A stretch of DNA of 41,220 nucleotides, the filler included, from Bigelowiella natans CCMP2755 (lineage: Eukaryota > Protista > Cercozoa): NCBI GenBank assembly GCA_000320545.1. It is 2 parts of 2 records of this genome, joined end to end, with 100 filler letters (N's around TTAATTAATTAA, not from the genome) between each part and the next. Parts side by side here need not be neighbours in the genome. Positions count along the whole stretch, not along the records: positions 1 to 17,675 come from ADNK01002098.1; 1 more part is not named here. One strand, 5' to 3'. The notes under the pieces are model-generated. The model saw only the letters and a list, made by a program, of their open reading frames with translations. It was not told the origin of the DNA and did no database searches. A program made the translations under genes and the position numbers. This document shows, piece after piece, positions 1-13,029 of this stretch. The first letter of the stretch is position 1, and every line of letters begins with the position of its first letter.

Positions 1-106
1 CGGTATATGCGCGCCCCCACACGCGCCTCAGTCACTGTATGTGTATATGCGTACACATATAGCCCGAGCGCGAGCGCGCGAGAGTGTGAGTGACGCTGAC
101 ACTCTC

Positions 107-142
<36 letters not shown>

Positions 143-242
143 ACACGCACACACATATATATATGTATATCTATCCAGATATACATATATACATACACAT
201 ATATATATATATATATACATACATGAGACGGATGTGATGAAA

Positions 243-342
243 TACATATGAGACGGATGTAATGAAATGTTTAAATTTTTTCAATGGTCATCCTAATGTA
301 GCTGTGCAATGCAGCGGCTACAGCGCTTAAATTATGTCTGTT
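243..342 (+). repeat. Copy 1 of a short dispersed repeat family (core ATGAGACGGATGTAATGAAATGTTTAAATTTTTTCAATGGTCATCCTAATGTAGCTGTGCAATGCAGCGGCTACAGCGC), preceded by a partial duplicate at about 217-243
   Basis: 243-316 matches 35953-36026 with 2 mismatches. Diverged copies lie at about 18864-18964 and, inverted, at 36137-36219. Confidence 0.9.
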
Positions 343-362
343 TGAAATACACATACATGCAC

Positions 363-407
<45 letters not shown>

Positions 408-1050
408 TACATATAGTGATCCATTCTTGTCGCATCAAGTGCGGAGGGAATATCACTAGATCACCTACTACTCATGTAGCGTCGCGTCTCGGGCCATCAC
501 AGCATGCCGAGCGTTGGCCATATGTGCGTGCTGCCCTGTCGCTAAGTACAGCATGTTCTATGTACATCCACATCCTTCCTGGCATATGTACGTACATGCA
601 TACGACGCAATGCTGAAATACCGCAATATAACCGTTAGAGCGCGTGCACGAGAGCCGGATATAGGCAGTCTGGCGCAATAAGTCATATCGCCTCGGTTAT
701 GCTCGCAGTAACACGCGACATACACGAGGCAACGTACGTAGACCCCAAAAGTCAGTGCAGGGTGGGCCTAAGCGGGCTTAGATCGCTTGCGTACAACGCA
801 TATGCATACGCAAAGCCTGACGGAATAAGTGGATATATCTTTTCATGTAGGCTGAGACACAAAGATGGACGATGCACAATATATACAATGAATGAAAGCT
901 AGCTACTACACTTACTCTCAGAGCTTATCACGGTTATTTTTTTATCATTAGGACGGCCACACGGCCACCTATAAACTACTCCTCCGTACATTGGTACTAC
1001 TTTTTATCTGTGTATGCCTACTTGTTGTTGGGTAAGTGTTCCAACTATAA

Positions 1051-1291
1051 CTACTGTTCAACTGCCTTTTTCTCATATTTCCACGTGCTTAATATCATCA
1101 TCATTATCATCGTCGTTGTCGTTGTTGTTTGTCATAAAGACAGCATTAAATCGTAAGCACCGTCCCCATTCGTCCATTCCCGCACGGAGGAACAATGCAT
1201 AAATAGAGTACAATACAACATACTCAATCAACAAAGGAGACCAATGCATAGGTAGAATTCATAAAATCCAATCGCCACATCATTCTACTCG

Positions 1292-1377
<86 letters not shown>

Positions 1378-1813
1378 TACTTGTGCACATGACAAAACGG
1401 TGGGTGTGGGAGCTAAGTATACATGTAATAAATTGCGAAGTAAGTAACGAGGAGGATAACAACCTGAAACCTCCCTTCAAATGCTTTACGTCCGAGAATC
1501 CAGCGTTTATAAGCTCAAAACACGCCTTCAAGGACCTGTAGATACGTATTATTTGTTGTTGCTCAGTGTTATTATAATGCATTAGGTTGTTTCGATGAAT
1601 GCTGCCAGATGATGATGATGATGATGATGCGGTATTCATAATATGTCATATTCTTCCGTATAGGTAATGATAATAATAACACACACCTGCTTTCCCTTCC
1701 AAAGCTCTTGTCCACATCTTCATATCCCTTATCCTTATACCGTTTCTTATTCGATTCAATCTATATTCGTAGTAGTAGTAGTAATAGTAGTAGTAATAGT
1801 AGTAGTAGTATAA

Positions 1814-1856
<43 letters not shown>

Positions 1857-2104
1857 GCTCACAGGTCTTTAAAAACATATTCAAGGCTTAGTCAACTCAG
1901 TAATTTTGCAGCTTATTCTATTGTTCTGCCGTCTTTCATTTGCCTAATATTGCCTCCTCATGCAATATTACAAGTAGTACTGCTACTTGTAGTAATTCTA
2001 GTGGTAGTATATTTGTGTAACTATCACCTTTGTTTCCATAGAGCCTCCCATTCTTTCAAAAGATGAAGATACATTAGACCAATCATCACAAGAAGAGTAG
2101 TGTG

Positions 2105-2136
<32 letters not shown>

Positions 2137-2588
2137 TTTGCAGCAAGTATACATGACATTCTTTGTTTTCTATTATGACTCGAAACACAATACATATACA
2201 TCACAATCTATGTATTCTATTATGACTCCCAACACAATACATCGTCAATACATCGTCTCTTTCTCTTTCTGCCTTCTTTCTTTTACAAACACCACGACGT
2301 AATGTACTCACCCGCAATATAGAACGAGAGGACGGTCTTTCTCGCCTCCCACAGCTTCCAAAACCTATCATTTTCGCAGTCGTCTCATCACTGTTCTCAT
2401 ATTATATCTAGGAATATATTACATGCTTTGGCTTTTTATTTGAATATACTACTATTGCTGCTGCTGCTACTACTAAGCTCACTTAATTATTGGCTGACCT
2501 TCTGTGGAAACTCTGGATCTCTCTCTGTTGATCTTAGCATAAGGGCTGCATTTACGACTCGCTTTATATTGTCCCATACCCCTGCACA

Positions 2589-2632
<44 letters not shown>

Positions 2633-3305
2633 TTCTTATGGACCAAACCTATCATCCATATCCACATTTATAGATATAAGCGTGCTCATAAGTATCATCA
2701 TCATCATCATCATCATCATCAATATATTTGTAAAGTATAACAGCTTAAGTGCATACTTTTACCACTACTACTACTACTACAATTACTACCATCTCCTGTT
2801 GAATCTCGGAACATCGGCACGTTTATAGATCCTTTGATATGATTCTGTGCATACTGATCCTACGTATGCATGCCCATCCCACGGAGAGAGTGTTTGTAGT
2901 ACAAACCACCCAAGCATATCATCATCCTCATCGTCATCATCATATTGCTTAAACAAGAATACTAATACATGGTGTTGTTGTTGTTGTTGTTGTTATTTGT
3001 TTTATAACCTTCATCCTGACATCAACCACCGTAACCTTATGTTCTTCCAATAGCTGTTCCACCTGTCGCAACAACAACAACAACAACAACAACAACAGAA
3101 TAATACCACCATCATCATTGTCCTTACATGTGCATTCTCCTCCTCCTTATTATTATTATCATTATCGTCCATCAAACTGACCTCACTCGTTGGTAAGGAT
3201 TCCAAGCCTTTTTGTTTCAGCACCTATATCATAGCAATGTAGTCGTTAGCAATCAGGAGGTCATAGATGCATATGATAGTCAGTGATATCCGAAATAACT
3301 CAATA

Positions 3306-3342
<37 letters not shown>

Positions 3343-3987
3343 CATGTGTATATATTGTGTGTGAGGTCTCTCTTCTAGAGGAGTCTCCTCCTCCTCCTCC
3401 TCTCATTGAAGTAGTTGCTAGATAGAACAGCACTTGGAAAATCGCCGGCCAAATAATATAAGGAGAACCAGCCTGATTATGTTGTTTACAATTTTAGTAC
3501 TACACGCCACATGATTAATGATTGATTCATTCATTATATGGTATTTACTACTACTACTATTACTATTACTACTAATACTAATACTACAGCATGATAATAA
3601 TACCTTTGGAGTGATGATGATATCCTCATATTCTGCCCTTTCATCTTTGACCCATCTTTGGAAAGTAGGATCCCATTTCGATCCTGAAGCAGCCTCCAGT
3701 AGATAAGGGTCGTACCCCATTTCCCTAAGATATCATCATACGATCGAAACAGGCGGAGGAAAGGAGGAGGAGATGTGCGTTGTGTCAAATAACGCACAAT
3801 GCACACTCGCACATACTGTATGAGTTCTTATTATAATATATGTTGATATGAATGAATCACTTCAATCGCTTTCTTGATTCTTCTCGCACGGATGATGATG
3901 AGCGCACCACAACAGCCCGCTGCTGCCCATTTTTTCTGAGAGTAGATGATATCCACACCACAAGGGCCATTTTAATACATATGTGAT

Positions 3988-4039
<52 letters not shown>

Positions 4040-4530
4040 CGAATATCGATACGTGTGCAACTCCTAGTATGCAATGTATTGAACCGTACAGCACTACTCA
4101 ATTGAAATGTAACCCCTGTATTTCCTTGATGACTGTCATCGATATAGTCACCATGAGTAAGTAGTTCCTACCTTCCGTCATCGCTTCTCAAAATGATGAG
4201 TTAACGTTGAAACGTTGCTTATAGTATTATATAATCACCCTCCCCCCCTCTATTATTTATAACGATAATTATGGCCTTAAATAAACCGCGCATTGTCACC
4301 CACCGCGTTGGTCCATATTGCATCATGGTCCCGAAATGAGGTCGAATGTTTACATTATTCCGAGAGGAAGAAGGGCGGCTCGAGAGCTGAAAGTCGCTAA
4401 CCATTGTTCCTAAGAGCACGGAGGAAGAAACTCCAACCAATAGTAAGAGTGTAGTAGCGGTGATAGTAGTCCATGATCTTCTCTGTTGGCTCAAAAAGGT
4501 CAATGGAGGAGGGGACAGCATCCTATCCAT
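1051..4530 (-). CDS. Multi-exon rhodanese-like domain protein, probably plastid-targeted (resembles plant/algal chloroplast single-domain rhodanese-like proteins)
   Basis: Spliced exons read VLKQKGLESLPTSE|VEQLLEEHKVTVVDVRMK|DQYAQNHIKGSINVPMFRD...ERDPEFPQK|VLEAVGGEKDRPLVLYCG|MGGSMETK...FGRESR|SLKACFELINAGFSDVKHLKGGF|STWKYEKKAVEQ*. These contain the rhodanese DVR, HIxGSINVP, LYC and LxGGxxxW motifs. The N-terminal exon has a hydrophobic segment (TTLLLLVGVSSSVLLG) followed by an S/R-rich region. Confidence 0.88.
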
Positions 4531-4969
4531 CTTGTGGACAACGACGACGTGGCTATTGTTTATGTTGCCAATGTGTCATTAAATAGATAAATATTCATCC
4601 CAAAACTACCGACTGAAATATGTCTCCACTATTCAGTTCAGTTTTGAAAGGAAAAAGGAGTATCATATCTGTCGCATGTCACAAACGACATCCCTTTTTC
4701 GATCGCCAGCGCGCAATCTGACCTTGTTGAGAATGGGGATTTAAGTCCTGCGACAACCTTCTGGTGCATGTCGCCTCCCAAGAATATCCCAATTTAATTG
4801 CGCTCTTTATGGCACATCGTGCTCGTTACGAGGGCTCGGAGGGGCGAGGGCTTCATTCAACACAGAAAGAATAAAAAATCGACGGATAAGATAAAAACTT
4901 ATTCTCTGGATCTCTTCTTCTTCTATACTTACTGATCCTGAAACAGGATCTTGCTACAACCAACCGTCC

Positions 4970-5365
4970 ATGAAATCCGCCAATATTATGCATGGTGCTC
5001 AATTTATGAGAAGGTCACAAGGTGGTGAAGAAACTAAAGACGGATTTCATGGTGTACAAGCAAGGTCAGACGAGAGGATGATAATAAAGGAAGCAGCCTA
5101 AGGGGTGGGATTTATATTCGATGTGTTTATGATAAATATCTAAATAAAAACACAAGTTGAATTTATCACAAAAATTGCAAAAATATTAGGCATGGCGAGG
5201 AGCTCTATTCGATGATGTCGAATCCGGAACATGTATTCCTCGTCCTCATTCTTCCCCAATCCTTTTAGCACTGAAACTCAAAGACAAACACAAAGTGCTG
5301 GTGTTATGTCGTTGGTGATGCAGGTTGCCGCTGATCTTCGATATCGTATTGACGGGCAGGTATCG

Positions 5366-5399
<34 letters not shown>

Positions 5400-5918
5400 A
5401 GATGTTGTCGCACACGAGACAACTTTTTTGGTTTCTTTATCGAGCATGTTGTGTAGGTGTACGAAAATTTAGTGCTATGCGCCATGCATCAATAATTCTA
5501 CTTCTCTCTCCCTTCCAACAGTTAACCAATCTGGGTGTCCTCGCTGCGTTAATTTTGTCATTTGTCGTTGGATTGATATACGCAATGGGAATGGATGAAA
5601 TGACGATTGGTGACTACCGTGCCCGTATTATGACCGACGCTACATTTCGTCGGTATAGTCTTACACTGATTCTGAGCACGTGTGTATATAATGTAGATAT
5701 ATTATGGTGTTTTTTGAACCGAATAACTTATGATTGAGTGTGTCTGATGTCATTGCAGATTTGCCGTAGATGTGTTACGCCGACAAAATTTTAATTTCAC
5801 GGTTGATTTGGGAGAATCCCAACCATTTAACGTGGAAGCAGCTCTATTGCAAACGTAGTAGTCTATACAATAATGCGTATGCTAATTTTCATCACGGGGC
5901 GCACATGTTAATGACATA

Positions 5919-6001
<83 letters not shown>

Positions 6002-7621
6002 TGGAGAGATATAATATGTATATATGTGTGTATACACACACACACACACACACACAGACACACGTACGTATGTGTATTTGTATGTGCGCGCGTCCATTTA
6101 TTAAGTGCATATCTTCATTGTATGGTGGCAACACGGGAAAACTTGTTGAAGATATGACTTTGACCCCGAGCTGGATGAGACACGTGCGGTCTTTAAACTC
6201 GATGCTGCTTTTCACCTCACGAGAACTGTAATCATTCCACATTTACTATAACACGTAGCAGAATCTACAACTTTTTTGATAAAAACACATGATTCTCGTA
6301 GGTGTTTCCAATGAATCTAGTATCAGCATATGAGCGTGTACGCATGGAGAATGGCGCATACAGTGCAGCGCTTGGAGGTACATACGGGGGAATCTCCTCC
6401 GCAACTACGTTGATGGTAGTTCTCCAGATGTTCATTTTCTATATTGATAGTAATAGGGCTGTGAGGTTTCAATGCAGACACACATGTCCAGATCGATAGA
6501 ATTCCTTCATATTCATACATACGAACAATTCTTTGTGTTGAATATTCTAGGTCTTAGCCTTTACGCTAATTATGTATACAGCTAATTCCCTATCAAACCC
6601 ACTGATGGCTTCATCGGCCACAGATGTAGATACACAAGATCGAGATACTCACAAAATCACCACGCTCAAAACTGGAAAAGAAGCTGTAGCTCTATCCAGT
6701 CTAATTGACGAGAAAAGGAGAGGAAATAGTGATTACAGCAATTGTCGTAATAATGTAAATAATACCCTTTCTTCCCGTTCCCCGCGTAAATGTTCGCTTG
6801 ATTGCTCTTCTCTTCCTGACCAATCGACTCCTCAACACTCGCACCGCGTCAACATTCAATCTGCCAGAGGGTACGGTATAAATACACCTTAACCTATTTT
6901 GTACGAAGTTGTGGAGATAATGAGCAACTTGTGATGAAGCAATGCATCTTGTATGAATTCGAAGAGGGCATCATTTATATAGAACAATTTTTAAGGATTA
7001 TATATTTCATCATCGCCTTGATGAAACAGTAGAATTCACGTTTGAGTTATGGTTGCATTGTGTGTGTTAAATCTGTTATTGGGGTAGGTATTGGATGACA
7101 TCGATTTCCTCCATCGTCTTAATGTACAGCAACAACCATATATTACTTACTGAACTATAACACACCAGGAAGTAGATGTGTTTTTTTATTTACATGTTTT
7201 CAATGGCGGTAACTGTATCGCCTTCAGGTACGTGCTTCTTTTCATCGGTTGTGGATTTTTCTTGCGAGCCCTAAGTTTAATAATCAAGACTCGCAATCCG
7301 ACATGGGTTGTGTGTGTCTATTGGTTTTACATTTTAATTTCGAGCATGATTCCGGGAGTGATCATCACCATTGTTGCTGCTCTTGCTCTCTCCCATTATG
7401 CCTCTTCAATCCGGCACAAACAAAATGCTGCATCTGAAGAGGTTTCACAAGATGAAAATGCTGGTCACTGTAGTTGCATTGTGTGCTGTTACTGCAACGA
7501 TTGGGATGAAGATGAAAGCAATGATGGGACTACCAAAGGTTGCCGTGGGAACAACAGTTATGAGAATGATAATGGCATCGTCAATGTCGTCCCGAATGCA
7601 TCAAATCACTACAGTCCGTGA
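4970..7621 (+). CDS. Multi-exon membrane protein of unknown function (about 4 TM segments); 5' structure uncertain
   Basis: GT-AG bounded exons encode LTNLGVLAALILSFVVGLIYA, GGISSATTLMVVLQMFI, YVLLFIGCGFFLRALSLII and WVVCVYWFYILISSMIPGVIITIVAALAL. The terminal exon ends with TGA at 7619-7621. Confidence 0.6.
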
Positions 7622-9470
7622 GTTTTCCTGCAACTCACACCCCATCCAGCACAGCTGTTCCCTGAAATGATCGATTTTTGACCACATGCATCCACATGTG
7701 GCTCAGATGATTGAGCAACAAAAATAATAGACACATGTCTATCATAAAAACCACATCCATGTGCTCCATGGTCGAGTCCACCACAACCTGAAGAAAACAC
7801 GTGTGGAAAAGAATGCATGATTGCACTTCCGACCCGCCATTGAAGCACACGTGATTTGATCATCTCCCCACCAATTTGCAACACGCACACAAACACAGCC
7901 ACAAAGGCTCTATTCGTGCACCCTGCCCAGGACCTGCACATGTTCATCGGATGGCGGTTCGTGTGTGCTTGAGAACGTGTGTGCTCTGCAAAGGCTCTGT
8001 TCACATGCATCACGATGAGACACTCATGCGCCACGCTAGCCACAGCACGGTGTTTTGATGGATGTCGACAGTTGCGCCACCTTGTGGATCACTTGCATGC
8101 AAGTTGCGACCAGGAACACCCTCGTGCACGTTGTTGTTGCCGTGGAACGTTCCAGGGAAGTTTTTCGTGGACACTCGTGGAACAGGCTTGGGACGTGCAC
8201 TCTGCGCGCATTGATGCAAATCCAAGTGCGCAAGAACCACAGAACAACGTGGGAAACAAGCGTTTGCACTCAACCATGGCAGCAGTCTAGCAGTGCCTGC
8301 CATGCAAGTGAAAATCATTGCGAGGACTTGTCAACACCCTGCTGGTGTTGGTTGTTCAGTTTTCGGACTCGCACGTTTGAAATCAACCTTGTCAGTGGCC
8401 ACTTGTTGTTCGTTTGATCAATTTGAGCGAGGTGTCATCCGAAACTGGGAAAGGCGGTGCACACGCTCAAGTGTTGGCCATGATTCTCAGCGGCACACAG
8501 GTTTGTTGGGTGGAAAACTGTTTTGTTGTCGATTCAAGTTGGTCGTCAATGAGTCCGTTTGAACACTCAAAGTCATTCAGCAAGGAAAACCTCTTCGAAC
8601 TTGATTCAAGGAAGCTGGCTGTCACAGTGTGTTGTTCAAGCGTGAGCTTCCCCCAACTCCAGAACTCCAGAACTCCAGAACTGGCCAAGCTCGAACTTGA
8701 ACGCGTCAAGTTTTCCTGGTTTCAGCTTTCAGCAACACTTCTTTGGACTTCATGCAAACGTTGATTGTCAGTTGTCAGGTTGTCGACCAAGCGAGGTGCC
8801 ACACAGCCACAGCCAAGCTGCCAACCTGGCAACTCTGGAACTGCAGAGTGGCCAAGCCAGCAAGCCGTGCAGCAAGCAAGCTGACAAAAGGAAGTGCACA
8901 AAGTTTGTCAGGTGAAAATGCTGCTTGGGAATCCATTCGAGGTGTTGGTTGTTCAATCCGAGTGAGTTCAGTTCACACGTCTGCCCTGCTGTGCTGACAG
9001 GTCGGGTTCGTCACTCACGCGAAGTTGGGTGCCTGACAGGTCGGGTTCGTCACTCACGCGAAGTTGGGCACCTGCAGCTCTGCAGGTGGACTCAGGGACG
9101 TCCTTGACAAACTTTCCGTTTTCCAGTTCCACCTTGCGTGAAGCCAACTCCTCCACAGGAGGGGCTGGACGAAACCTGTCATCCGAAAGGATCATCAGAC
9201 GCTGGACAGACCAGCTAGCCAGATGACTGGCGCTTTCCTCACAGGCCGGCTTCTGCTCTTGGATGACGCACAGACACCGCAAGGAAGCAAATGCATTTCG
9301 GAACAAGAACAAGAACAAGAACAAGAACAAGAACAATGATGACGAACTACATTTCCAAAATGTTGCAAGACATTTGCAGTGTGCGAAATGCAGTGCCTCG
9401 AACTGGAACATTCGACAAGAATGCAACAATAGGGCCGATCCCTGGCCATTTCATCAATTGTAGATCGTTT
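7622..9470. other. TpA-depleted intergenic block (probably a hypermutated relic of a repeat or pseudogene)
   Basis: Manual count within 7747-9429 finds TA only at 7911, 8037, 8288, 9216 and 9348. TG and CA are abundant, CG, AT and AA are retained, and flanking lines carry several TA per 60 bp. Confidence 0.9.
8994..9074 (+). repeat. 39-bp direct tandem repeat, 2 copies
   Basis: CTGACAGGTCGGGTTCGTCACTCACGCGAAGTTGGG(TG/CA)C at 8994-9032 and 9033-9071. Confidence 0.95.
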
Positions 9471-9831
9471 TCATTGTCGTATCCATGACAACTGTGCGGA
9501 TTAATCGAAGCGACAAGAAACATTGAGCTTTTCCAGCAAAACGCTACTGGCGGGCCTTGATTGAAAACCGGCATGAGAACCTGTTCGTGATGCAAATTGG
9601 CTCATAGAAAAACCGGAATAATCAGTATAAACATATGTACGACACACCAATTCTGTTGTCGTCAGGAATTAAATCTGGTGCAAATAAGAGCTTATATTTG
9701 TTAAAATGGTCTAATTAATTTATGAACGACAAGCAATATTGCTCGACGTATTTACGATTTCATTCGCGGTGTGTGCTGGCTGGGGTGAACCCCACCCCCA
9801 TAGCTATGCGAGTCCCTTCGCTATAGTAGCA

Positions 9832-11181
9832 ATGGAATATAGTAGGATCCGGAAGCGTTGGCGCTCTAGTTGTATAATTTTTCTTTCAACGAGCCTCCTA
9901 CTTCTGGGGTTGGACAGAGAATGGGGGGTGCAGAGGCGCGAGAAGAATTCGATGGTCGGAAATCGGGAGGGGGGTAGCAGGCTCGGAATCTCACTCCCAA
10001 TCCTCCCCAAATCGAAACGCACGGTCCGCTATGAGGGTGCATCATTCTTTCTACCATCGCTTCGAAGAGTGTTTACACAAAGTGCACCGTCGGGAGGCGA
10101 GGAGAGACCGCAGCAGCGGCGGCGGCAGCTACGTGACGTCGAGCTAGAGCAGATCGGTATGAATGAGCACATAACCAATCGAATCAAGTTTCCAACATCA
10201 AAAATTGATTTGTTCGATATCGGTCCCTGACCCATCCATGTTTCCCAATGACAACTGAAATTTATCTTAGAAATAGCTTGATTCAACATCCTCATCCTCC
10301 TTCTCCCAATGCCAATATTACTACTGTTGCTGCTGTATCGTTATGGTTGGTGATGATGTTGAAGATCAATTTATGCCTCCCCCCCCCATATTTACGATTA
10401 CTACATGAAGTACCACTAAATGTGTTGATGGAGAGAGAATACACGTAATCTTCTGTAGGCACTGTTCCGGACATCAAGCCAGAATGGGACCATAGAACTC
10501 GTACCTTGCAGGAAGATCTTTCCCCGGTAGTAGTAGTAGCAGTAGTAGTAGTAGTTGTAGTAGTAGTAGTAGCAGTAGTAGTATAAGAATAAAATCGATA
10601 AACTATATTAGTACCACCACCATCAACAATCACGCATCATGTAACGAGAATCATATCTGCGGTTCTCCCTTTTTTCTTTCCTTCTTTTTTTTCTTCTGCA
10701 ACCGTTCTTTCAGGTTTTGAGGGAGTACAATGTCATCCTCAAGGAATGTGCTGAGGGGGGAGACTGGAAGCGAGCCCTTGGTATTAATACTAACGACACA
10801 CCGAGTCGCAGCCTTAATTCTTTGGCATGAGCAATAGCAACAACATACTGTACTTCTACATCCTATTCCAATTATCTGTACAAGTGGAAGGGGGAGGTGT
10901 TGGAAAAGAAAAAGGGAGATATGGATGCTATAGTCATCAAAAGTAGATATTAGCTCGAACGACCTCATCTCATATAATCTAAATGTTGGTGTGCCCTATT
11001 GTCCCTCCTGATCAGATATATTTAAGCAGCTTAGGAGTGTAGGAGTGGAGCCTGATATCGATACGTAAGAAGAAGAAGAAGAAGAAGAAGATGATGATGA
11101 TGATGATGCTAAATCATAACGACGACGACGATGATGATTTATCGCCCTATCCTAGATCTGTGCAAAACACACACACACACA

Positions 11182-11233
<52 letters not shown>

Positions 11234-12998
11234 TGTGCGTTTGTGTGAATGTTATAGTATTACCTCGACTAATGGACCCCTCCTCCGCTCCGCTCCTCTC
11301 CCTCCCTCAGATATCGTGGTTTGGTGATCTCACTCACGAAGGGAAAGCAGACAAAACGCGCCTTGAAAGTTCTAGTGATGATGAAGGTAGCACGGGATAT
11401 TAGCTATCAACTTGTTGTGCTGCTGGTCCTGTATAGTAAATGCTGCAGATTCGTTGTTTTAATAAGTAGATAGTAGTCGTTCGACTAAGTACCGTAGCAG
11501 TAGCAAGAGAAGCGGGAGAGGAGGAGGAGGAGGATGATTAGCAAATACATCCTTTGTGGTGAAGTTGGTAGTAGCAGTAGAACTGGTAGTGGTTGCAGTT
11601 ATTGTTTCTGTGGTTATAGTCTTGGAGGTCACAATCTTACCTTATTCCATTTTCCCTCCTCCTCCTCCCCCTCCTCCTCCTCCTCCTCCTCCGCATCTCA
11701 ACAATGATCTTGCTCTAATCAGGAAAAGGGGTTAAGATTTCAGCTGCGTGTTGTCAAAGAGAGGGGAGGAGGGGGGGAGAACGCATTGTCTGCCTCGGTA
11801 CCACCCTCCCCAGTGAGGCCAGTAAGCCTGGTTGCCCCTGATGAGGCGGGGGGGGGCAATGCAGAGGATGTTAAATTTCCTGGTGGCAAATCGTCTTCAT
11901 TTCCATCGATACCCACCCCCCCTCCCTCCCTCCTCCTCCTCCTCCTCCTCCTCATCATCATCATCATCATCTCTATTCGAACGGTCATCTGCTGCTCCAT
12001 CATCAGTATCATCGTCAATGTCGTCAAATAATGATTTCTCCGATGTGAATTTTCTTCTTCCCTTCAACTACAAGAGGACCTGAGGCCACTTATCATCGAG
12101 TACTACCAGTAGTAGTATGAGTATTAGTATTATTATTATTAGTAGTAGTAGTAGTAGCTGAAGCATGGAGCTGCTGGCAGACAATCACTAGAACCACGAG
12201 CAGATTTACTTCACGACGTAAAATATGTAGTAATGAATGGATGATTTACCACTACTTACCAAGACACCACATTCCTTCTACTTTCCACCACCCTCTCAAA
12301 CAAAGATATGTAGTCATCTCCTTACGTCCCCCCCCCCCCCCCTTTCCTCCTCCTTGTCAGATACAACACACAGTTACGCGAAACACGGCGTAAGAATCGA
12401 TGGCGGGAGGGTATTCGAATATTCCGAGAGATGAAGGACCTAGGAATACCCCCTGATATCATCACTTACACCTCGCTTCTAAGTGGGCTTGGACGTTCAA
12501 ATCAACCTGAATTACTGCTCAGGGGAGGATTAGTAGTTAGTTAGTTGTAGGAATTAGTTGTTGTAGGGAATGATGGTGATGGTGATGACATGACGGTTGA
12601 TACAAACTTTGATATATTTATATTGAACAAGGTGTTTCGAATGATGCTTTCCGATGGGAACATTACTCCGGATGCGATTTCTTTTTCAGCCCTAATAGAT
12701 GGTAATACCACCACCAACAACAACACCACCAGCAGCAGTACTAGTAGTGTGGTAGTAATAAACACACGCATACACACACTTGGAAGGGAGCAAACTAGCC
12801 AATCATGCACCTGTCGTCGTATGTACACATACTCCTACTACAACAATCGAAGAATAATAAGAACAACAATTATAGAAAATAAGAAGAAGAAGAAGAAGAA
12901 TAGGAAAAGGAAGAAGCATGCGGATTATGCATAGATGGAATAACATATACTAATACATCGACTTACTTTAGTAGTCCCACCAATGAGGCATCATCATT

Positions 12999-13029
<31 letters not shown>

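Noticed and set aside
5189-5208. Peptide (R)HGEELY also found in the SUN gene at about 28310-28330
   Set aside because: The reading frame at 5190 is unresolved and there is no flanking similarity, so it is probably chance.
8994-9074. CRISPR-like repeat
   Set aside because: Only two adjacent units with no spacer, in a eukaryotic context without cas genes.
7747-9429. CpG methylation decay or classical RIP as the cause of the TG/CA excess
   Set aside because: CpG remains common in the block, and neither process removes TpA; RIP increases it.
7609-9595. Dense overlapping ORFs in all six frames
   Set aside because: A by-product of TpA loss: TAA and TAG stops are missing, so frames stay open. 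The peptides are Tyr-poor and Cys/His-rich with no recognisable domains.
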